Assembly: GCA_963666705.2 (NCBI GenBank)
Contig: CAXXKO010000016.1
Span: 95,300-159,299, forward strand
Length of the DNA: 64,000 nucleotides
Direction of reading: 5' to 3'
Source of the DNA: Alphaproteobacteria bacterium
GTDB taxonomy: Bacteria; Pseudomonadota; Alphaproteobacteria; CADEGL01
In this document: one piece after another, positions 57,289 through 64,000 of the stretch
How the letters are laid out: every line of letters starts with the position of its first letter
How positions within the stretch are numbered: the first letter of the stretch is position 1
The notes under the pieces: model-generated
Told to the model about the DNA's origin: nothing
Databases searched by the model: none
Seen by the model: the letters and a program-made list of their open reading frames with translations, nothing else
Made by a program: the position numbers and the translations under genes

Positions 57289-58010
57289 ATGGCGAGAGTG
57301 GCGGTGGTGACCGGGGGGACGCGCGGCATCGGCCGGGCGATCTGCACCGGGCTCAAGGACGCGGGCTACGCGGTCGCCGCCAACTATGGCGGCAACGACG
57401 AGGCGGCCGGGCGCTTCGCGGAAGAGACAGGCATCCCCATCTATAAGTTCGATGTCTCGGACTTCGATGCCTGCGTGGCCGGTGTCGCCCGCATCGTGGC
57501 CGACCTGGGCCCGGTCGAGATCCTGGTCAACAACGCCGGCATCACCCGCGACAGCACCCTGCACAAGATGGCGCCCGAATTTTGGGAGGCGTGATCGACA
57601 CCAACCTGGGCTCGTGTTTCAACATGTGCCGTTCGGTGGTCGAGAGCATGCGTGCACGCGGCTTCGGGCGCATCGTCAACATCGGCTCCATCAACGGCCA
57701 GGCCGGGCAGTACGGCCAGGTCAACTACGCCGCCGCCAAGTCGGGCATCCACGGCTTCACCAAGGCTCTGGCCCAGGAGGGGGCGGCCAAGGGCATCACC
57801 GTCAACGCCATCGCGCCGGGCTATGTGGACACGGACATGGTGCGCGCCGTGCCCGACCACGTGCTCGAGAAGATCATCGCCGGCATCCCCATCGGGCGCC
57901 TCGGCAAGGCCGAGGACATCGCCCGCGGCGTCCTCTTCCTGGTGGGCGACGCCGCCGACTTCATCACCGGCTCGACCCTCTCCATCAACGGCGGCCAGCA
58001 CATGTACTAG
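57289..58010 (+). pseudogene. phaB: Acetoacetyl-CoA reductase with a 1-nt frameshift (real or sequencing error)
   Basis: TGGTRGIG...NNAGITRD in one frame and VIDTNL...YAAAKSG...SINGGQHMY in another; TGG GAG GCG TGA TCG lacks one G near 57591. Confidence 0.85.
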
Positions 58011-58286
58011 ACCCACTTTCATAATTCCGTATGCCATACGACGGCGCCCCGAGGTTCCCGGCTAGGAGCGTGGCGCGCCGTGATGCCGGGGCATCACCCG
58101 AAACCCCTTGGCGTCGCGCGACGACGTCCGGGGGCCTCGGGGCGCCGCCCTGCGGGTCGCTTTTCCCGCCCCCTCGGGGCGTCGAGGACGCTTGACGATG
58201 CCCCGGCATCGCCGGCGCGCCCCCTCCTACCGAGGAGACGGGAAAAGCGATCGTATGGAACACGGAATTATGAAAGTGGGTACTAG
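58007..58286. mobile_element. MITE family 2, copy B (inverted relative to copy A)
   Basis: CTAG ends, similar terminal inverted repeats and internal sequence; the left CTAG provides the phaB TAG. Confidence 0.85.
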
Positions 58287-58380
58287 GGCGCCATGGTGGA
58301 GAGTGGAGCGGTTGAAGGCCGGAATACGAACCGACTTGACGGGTGGAAATTAAGCACTGAAATTGATTGGTCTGTAAATT

Positions 58381-59557
58381 ATACCAGTGAGCCTATGAAA
58401 TCACCTTCATGATCCATGGATAGGCGCAGAGGGTTCGCATACGATCCGGTTCTGCGATGAGGTCGATCCATGCTTGGCAACAGGCGTCGATGATGGCCTC
58501 GGTGTCGTCGAGGACGCGGAGCGATAGGAAGCGTTCGCGTAGGTAGAGCCAAACCCGCTCGACGGGGTTGAGTTCGGGACTGTAAGGCGGCAACAGCGCC
58601 AAGGTGACGTTGTCGGGGACGGTGAGGGCGCGCTCGTCGTGCCAACCGGCGCCGTCGCACATCATGACGGCGTGCGCATCCTGGTCCAGGGTATCGGCGA
58701 AGTGTGCGAGAAACAGGTCCATGACCTTGGCGTTGACGCTCGGCATCACCAGGGTGACGTCGTCGCCGGTGTCCGGGCGCACGGCGGAGAAGATGTAGGC
58801 CCACTGGTAGCCGATTTGACGCGTCCCGGGGGCACGCTCGCCCCTGCGCCACCACCGGTGACACACCCGGCCCTTGTTGCCGACGCGCGCTTCATCCTGA
58901 AACCACAGCTGTAGGCGCTTGTCGGGATGCGCCGCGGCGGTCGCCTTCAGGATGTCGCGAAGCCCCCTTTTTTGAAGCGCTCCTGCGCTTCGGCGTCCCT
59001 TCGCGGGTGGCTCGGGCGCGCCTTCTGGCGGGAAAATCCCATCCGCCGTAGAACCCGGGTCATGCTCGAGGGGTGGTAGGTCTTGGCGAAGCGCTCCTCC
59101 AGCCAGCGGCACAGATCGGCCCGGGTCCAGGCGCAAACCCCGTCGCGCTCAGGCTCCGGCCCGGCGATGATGACCGCCGCCAGCGCCGCTTCCTCGTCTG
59201 CCGTCAGCCGCCGCGGCGAGTAGCCCTTTGGACGGTCGTGAAGCCCCTCCAATCCCTTTGCATTGTAACGAACAACCGCGTCGCGAAGCGTTTGGCGATC
59301 CATCCCCGCAAGCCGCGCGGCATCAGCCCAGGGCATCTCCTCCAAAGCATTCGCGATCCCATAGGCCCGCGCCGCCGCTCGACCGTACGATTCCACGCGA
59401 GCCCAGCGCCGAAGCTCCAAAGGCGTCAAATCATCCCGTATCTTGAGTGCTGATCCCATGACATCCCCCACATCTGGTGGGAGACCATAGAATCACAATC
59501 CGCCATCATCCGCCATCAATGAATATCCCGAGAGTCAATTCAGGCGCTCACTGGTAT
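58381..59557 (-). mobile_element. IS630-family insertion sequence
   Basis: ATACCAGTGAGC...GCTCACTGGTAT termini in a TA-rich context; two-ORF transposase. Confidence 0.88.
58393..59459 (-). CDS. IS630 transposase, orfA/orfB joined by a probable programmed -1 frameshift
   Basis: orfA HTH (58947-59459); orfB WFQDEAR, DGAGWH, LPPYSPELNPVERVW; slippery AAAAAAGGGGG at 58963-58973. Confidence 0.88.
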
Positions 59558-59596
59558 TACATATCGCAATCCGCGATATTACGACAGAGGCCTGCC

Positions 59597-60481
59597 ATGA
59601 ATTCAGCGGATCTCAGGGTGTTCGAGGCCGTGGCCCGGTCCGGCGGCATGAGCCGAGCGGCCGCGGCTTTGAATACAGTGCAATCGAACGTAACCGCCCG
59701 AATCAAGCATCTCGAGGAGGAGGTCGGAACGCGGCTCTTCCACCGTCGTAGCCGGGGTGTCGAGCTGACCGCCGCCGGTCGAAAATTGCTGCCCTATGCC
59801 GCCAGGGTCGCGCATCTCATCGCGGACGCGGGCAGGGCGGTCCGGGACGATGGCGTCCCGAGTGGCGCGCTGGTCATCGGCTCCCTCGAGACGACGGCCG
59901 CTCTACGTCTATCGCCGGTCCTCGGTGTCTATGTCGCATCCCACCCGGCGGTCGACCTGGTGCTGAGAACAGGCACCACGTGCGAGCTCGTCCATGACGT
60001 GCTCGACCATCGGCTGGAATGCGCCTTCGTCTGTGGCCCGGTCAACCATCCGGAGCTCGAAGAGGAAGCGGTCTTCCGTGAGGAGCTGGTGTTGCTGACG
60101 GGTCGGTCCGTGCGCTCGCTCGGAGGCCTGGCGCACGAAAAAGACCTCAAGATCGTTGTGCTTCGCGCCGGCTGCTCCTATCGCTTGCGGCTGGAGGCGA
60201 TTCTGGCGAAGCGCGGGATCGTCGGATTCAGGCTGCTCGAGTTCGGTACGATCGAGTCTATTTTCGGCTGCGTTGGCGCAGGGCTCGGCGTCACCCTGCT
60301 GCCGCGAAGCCTGATCGGCTCGGTCTGGCGCGACGACCGCGTCGCTATTCACGAGTTACCCAAGGCCGAGGCCCATGTGGAGACGACCTTCATCCGTCGC
60401 CGCGAGGCATTCGCCTCCAGCGCGCTCCTGGCCTTCCTGCAATGCGCCCGCGAAGCGTCGGCCGGCACCAAGGCGATGTAA
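59597..60481 (+). CDS. LysR-family transcriptional regulator
   Basis: DLRVFEAVA...RAAAALNTVQSNVTARIKHLEEE, GSLETTAA, GCSYR. Confidence 0.92.
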   Translation: MNSADLRVFEAVARSGGMSRAAAALNTVQSNVTARIKHLEEEVGTRLFHRRSRGVELTAAGRKLLPYAARVAHLIADAGRAVRDDGVPSGALVIGSLETTAALRLSPVLGVYVASHPAVDLVLRTGTTCELVHDVLDHRLECAFVCGPVNHPELEEEAVFREELVLLTGRSVRSLGGLAHEKDLKIVVLRAGCSYRLRLEAILAKRGIVGFRLLEFGTIESIFGCVGAGLGVTLLPRSLIGSVWRDDRVAIHELPKAEAHVETTFIRRREAFASSALLAFLQCAREASAGTKAM

Positions 60482-60490
60482 TCGGTCTTT

Positions 60491-60509
60491 CTATCTGTAA
60501 AACAGATAG
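60491..60509. promoter_or_regulatory. Putative LysR recognition palindrome upstream of the MFS gene
   Basis: CTATCTGT-AAA-ACAGATAG, contains T-N11-A. Confidence 0.5.
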
Positions 60510-60659
60510 CGACCATCGGATTAAACCGTTTTTCCGGTTTTCACGAACGTCCTAACCTTCCCCTCCAATATGGAGTGATGGGGAATATGCGACGGATTTC
60601 CGTGGCGGTGTCCGCGAACGCGTTGGCGTGCGAGGCCGACCCCGTCACATGGGCTTGGC

Positions 60660-61814
60660 GTGAATAGCCCGTCTATCAGACCCTACCGGCTCGCATTGGG
60701 TGGGCTCGTCGCCATGGCGGCGGCGATGGGCATCGGGCGCTTTGTCTATACGCCGATCCTCCCGTTCATGGCCGGCGGGCTGCACTTTACCAAGGGTGAG
60801 GCGGGACTGATCGCATCCGCGAATTTCATGGGCTATCTCGCGGGAGCGCTCGCCGCCGCGTCGTCGGGTCTACCCGGCAGCACGCGCGGCTGGATGCTGG
60901 CCGCTCTGGCGGCGAGCGCCGCGAGCACCGGTGCAGTGGGTTCGGCCCAGGGCCTCGCTCCGATCCTCGCGTTGCGTTTTGTCGGTGGCGCCGCGAGCGC
61001 GTTCGTCCTGGTCCTTGCCTCGGCGCTCGTCCTGGAACGCTTGAGCGCCAGTGGACGCGGAGGCTTGTCCTCGCTGCATTTCGCCGGGGTGGGTGCTGGG
61101 ATCGCCGTCTCCGCGCTCTTGACCTGGGGCATCGAATCCCTGGGCGGCGATTGGCGATGGATGTGGATTGGCGGCGGCCTGGTTTCGCTTGCCTCGGTCA
61201 TCGCCGTGGCGACGCTCGTACCTGGGGCGCGAGAGCCTCCCGCCCCTTCGGTGGCGACAATGGCGGTCGCGTCGAAGCTCGGGCCTTGGCCCCTTGTGGT
61301 CGCCTATGGGTTGTTTGGATTTGGCTACGTAATCACGGCAACCTTCATCGTCGTCATCGTCCGCGCGTCGCCGGAGGCGCGGGCCGTCGAGCCCCTCGTC
61401 TGGCTGGCCGTCGGCATCGCGGCCATTCCTTCGATCTTCGCCTGGTCGGCGATCGGACGGCGATTCGGGTTGCTCCGGGCCTTCGCGATCGCCTGCCTCG
61501 TCGAAGCGATCGGGGTGCTCTCGAGCGTCGTCTGGGCGAGTGCTCTCGGCCTGTTCGTGGCGGCGGCCTTCCAGGGCGGCACGTTCATGGGGATTACGGC
61601 CTTGGGTCTCGTGGCGGCACGGGAGCTGTCGGGTGGAGACCCCCGCCGCTCACTCGCCATGATGACCGCGGCTTTCGGTTTGGGCCAAACACTGGGGCCG
61701 GTGGCCGCCGGGTATGGTTTCGACCTGACCGGGAGTTTCCTCCTCCCGTCGATTGTCGCCGCGACCGGTCTTTGTATCAGCTCGATTTTGGTGGTCATGA
61801 TGCGCCAGAAGTAA
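60660..61814 (+). CDS. YbfB/YjiJ-family MFS transporter
   Basis: AMGIGRFVYTPILP, ASANFMGYLAGA, AYGLFGFGYVITATF, GGTFMG. Confidence 0.88.
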   Translation: MNSPSIRPYRLALGGLVAMAAAMGIGRFVYTPILPFMAGGLHFTKGEAGLIASANFMGYLAGALAAASSGLPGSTRGWMLAALAASAASTGAVGSAQGLAPILALRFVGGAASAFVLVLASALVLERLSASGRGGLSSLHFAGVGAGIAVSALLTWGIESLGGDWRWMWIGGGLVSLASVIAVATLVPGAREPPAPSVATMAVASKLGPWPLVVAYGLFGFGYVITATFIVVIVRASPEARAVEPLVWLAVGIAAIPSIFAWSAIGRRFGLLRAFAIACLVEAIGVLSSVVWASALGLFVAAAFQGGTFMGITALGLVAARELSGGDPRRSLAMMTAAFGLGQTLGPVAAGYGFDLTGSFLLPSIVAATGLCISSILVVMMRQK

Positions 61815-61924
61815 AGCGCCTCTCGGTGCCTATCGAAGGCGTGGACCGCAATACCACCGCGCCAACTCCACGGCGCCGCGCAACCATGAAAACCGTCACC
61901 CATGTTCCCGTGATCGCACACGAA

Positions 61925-62158
61925 AGAGTGGCTCCGATCGAAGCGGAACCGCGCGAGCCGACCTTGTCGAGGCCGTAGCGCGCCTTCGCCTCTTCGTACG
62001 AACAGGCCATGCCGTCGTTGTCGAAGGCGAAATAGGCGAGCGAGGAATGGCCCCGGGAATGGTCGAACTTGATGTCGCCCATCCCCTTGGCCGTGCCCGA
62101 GCCGACCCCGCCCTCGTAGAACACCCAGCCCTCGGGAAGGACGGTGCGGATAAGCGCC
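61925..62158 (-). pseudogene. Degenerate duplicate of the 3' end of the gene at 63788-64000 plus its flanking hairpin
   Basis: LIRTVLPEGWVFYEG...YEEAKARYGLDKVG; roughly 90% identical to 63759-63992 by manual alignment; stop codon lost. Confidence 0.8.
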
Positions 62159-62160
62159 GC

Positions 62161-62238
62161 GCAATCGCGCTCGGCCACCCCATCGGCGCTGCGGGTGCGC
62201 GCCTGCCGGTCACCCTCCCCCATGAGATGGCGAAGCGC
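62161..62238 (+). pseudogene. Thiolase C-terminal fragment
   Basis: [26 protein letters not shown] versus pha[27 protein letters not shown] (56974-57051). Confidence 0.75.
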
Positions 62239-62312
62239 GCCGGCGCCGGGCCGTCCGCGGCTCGATTTCGGCAGCCGAATGCGCACCCGCTCTCGGCATG
62301 CCGGAGGCGCCG

Positions 62313-63590
62313 TCAATCAGGCAGCGGTCGGTCCTTGGTCTCAGGTATGCTCATCACCGCGACGAGGGAGACGACGGAAAGCACCATGAGGTAGTAGACC
62401 GGCGCGAAATCATCGCTGGTCCTTTGAATCAGATAGGCGGCAACGAACGGCGTGGTGCCGCCAAAGATCGACAGAACGAGATTGTAGCCGATCGACAGCA
62501 CGCTGACTCGCACGCGGCGGGGAATGATCTCGGCCTGGGCCGCCGGGTTCGCCGCATAGACCCAACTGAACAGGACCGCGAAGCCAAGCTGGCCGATGAA
62601 CACCAGAACGAGGTTGTTATGGTGCATGAACCAGAACAAGGGCCACGACAGGACGAGAATTCCCACGGCCCCGGTCAACAGAATCGGCTTGCGGCCGATG
62701 CGGTCGGCAAGGAGGGCGATCGGCAAGGGCAGGAAGGTCAGCACCACCATGCAAAAAGTGTTGATATCCATTGCGTTAGCAACAGAAACATGCATCCGAT
62801 CGGTCAAGTACGACACGGCGAAGACGAACATCATGTAGAATCCGACATTGACCGAAAGCGCGAGGCCCATGACCTGGCACATGACCCGCCAGTGGTCGCG
62901 AAAGGCGGATATCACGGGCGAGCGCGCGGACTCCTCTTCGTATTCCGGTGCTGGCGGCTCCTCGAGGTGACGGCGCAGGAACAGCGCGACCAATGCGATC
63001 AACGCACCCGCCAAGAAGGGGATGCGCCAAGCCCACGCGTGCAGGGTGGACTCGTCCAACGTGTTTATCAGTAAGGTCGCAACCCCCGATCCGATCAAGA
63101 AACCGCCCGCCGAGCCGCACAGGATCCAGCTCGCATAGAAGGCCCGCCTGTCGGTGGGCGCGTGCTCGACAACGAAGGTGGTCGATCCGGTGTATTCCCC
63201 ACCGACGGAAAAACCCTGCAGGACCCGCACGATGACGAGAAGGACGGCCGCCATCGGCCCAATCTGCGTTGTGACCGGCAAGAGGCCGATGGCGACGGTG
63301 GCAATTCCCATGAGCCAGACCGTCAGGAGCAGCACGCGTTTGCGACCGATCTTGTCGCCGATATGGCCGAATACCATGGCACCCAAAGGGCGCGACAGGT
63401 AGCCGGCAGCGAAGGCGCCGTAGGTCAGCAGAAGCGAGGAAAAGGGGTCGTCGGAAGGGAAGAACAACTTGGCGATGATCGGCGCCATGTAGGCGTAAGC
63501 GGCGAAGTCGTACCATTCCATGACATTGCCGATCGCCCCGCCGAACCCGTTCTTGCGAACCTTGCGTAGCTGATCTGCGCTCATCGACAT
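62313..63590 (-). CDS. MHS-family MFS transporter (ProP-like)
   Basis: GNVMEWYDF, RPLGAMVFGHIGDKIGRK, RVLQGFSVGGEY, FGGTTP. Confidence 0.9.
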   Translation of the reverse strand: MSMSADQLRKVRKNGFGGAIGNVMEWYDFAAYAYMAPIIAKLFFPSDDPFSSLLLTYGAFAAGYLSRPLGAMVFGHIGDKIGRKRVLLLTVWLMGIATVAIGLLPVTTQIGPMAAVLLVIVRVLQGFSVGGEYTGSTTFVVEHAPTDRRAFYASWILCGSAGGFLIGSGVATLLINTLDESTLHAWAWRIPFLAGALIALVALFLRRHLEEPPAPEYEEESARSPVISAFRDHWRVMCQVMGLALSVNVGFYMMFVFAVSYLTDRMHVSVANAMDINTFCMVVLTFLPLPIALLADRIGRKPILLTGAVGILVLSWPLFWFMHHNNLVLVFIGQLGFAVLFSWVYAANPAAQAEIIPRRVRVSVLSIGYNLVLSIFGGTTPFVAAYLIQRTSDDFAPVYYLMVLSVVSLVAVMSIPETKDRPLPD

Positions 63591-63639
63591 GGAATCCCCG
63601 GTCCTCGGCCGGCGGCGGAAGCTGGCACCGCCGGCCGCG

Positions 63640-63791
63640 CTGGAGCGTTTCCACCTCGACTGGAATCGCTCCAGGCCGCAAGGCGGCCCGCCGGGCGCCC
63701 GGCGCGCCCGCGCGGGCGCGGACCACTTGGTCCGCTGCCGCGAGCGACAAATAGGGCTAGAGTGGGTCCGATCAAAGCGGAGCCGCTCTAG
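63640..63791. repeat. RIME-like repeat, single unit
   Basis: Same unit as 18812-19174, with hairpins at both ends. Confidence 0.8.
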
Positions 63792-64000
63792 CCGACCTTG
63801 TCGAGGCCGTAGCGCGCCTTCGCCTCTTCGTAGGAATAGGCCATGCCGCCATTGTCGAAGGCGAAATAGGCGAGCGAGGAATGGCGCTGGGAATAGTCGA
63901 ACTTGATGTCGCCCGTCCCCCTGGCCGTGCCCGAGCCGAGCTCGCCCTCGTAGAACATCCAGCCCTCGGGAAGGACGGTGCGAATGAGCACCTCGCCGTC
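63788..64000 (-). CDS. 3' end of a protein, possibly DUF1326-like (5' part outside window)
   Basis: VLPEGWMFYEGELGSGT..GDIKFDYSQRHSSLAYF; family assignment tentative. Confidence 0.55.
   Translation of the reverse strand, partial: DGEVLIRTVLPEGWMFYEGELGSGTARGTGDIKFDYSQRHSSLAYFAFDNGGMAYSYEEAKARYGLDKVG

Noticed and set aside
57580-57600. Programmed frameshift in phaB
   Set aside because: No canonical slippery heptamer at the shift point; a single-G deletion explains it
61925-63992. Diverged duplication as a DGR template/variable repeat pair
   Set aside because: Mismatches are not adenine-specific on either strand and no reverse transcriptase is present in the window
1-64000. tRNA, rRNA, integrase or prophage genes
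   Set aside because: None recognised on either strand by manual reading

Overview
High-GC alphaproteobacterial chromosome segment (gene content and order resemble Rhodospirillales). Core metabolism: an ethylmalonyl-CoA cluster (ecm divergent from ccr-[AAA+ ATPase]-mcd-adenosyltransferase-etfBA-hbd), a PHB cluster (phaR, PhaC-like hydrolase, phaA, frameshifted phaB), metA, gluQ, chorismate mutase-hisC-tyrC, and a B12-dependent ribonucleotide reductase with a 375-aa LAGLIDADG intein. Accessory genes include HigBA, an HcnABC/opine-oxidase-like operon, three tandem atypical GlpD-like oxidoreductases and a Rieske oxygenase paired with an unknown His-rich protein. There are four intact IS elements (IS481, IS110/IS1111, IS1202-like, IS630) and several families of non-autonomous repeats. 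The strongest signal is an IS1111-type element whose 3' non-coding region holds readable target and donor guides of a bridge/seek RNA, programmed against the terminus of a modular MITE whose ends resemble the IS630 element in the same window. All calls come from reading motifs by eye; no database searches were run.
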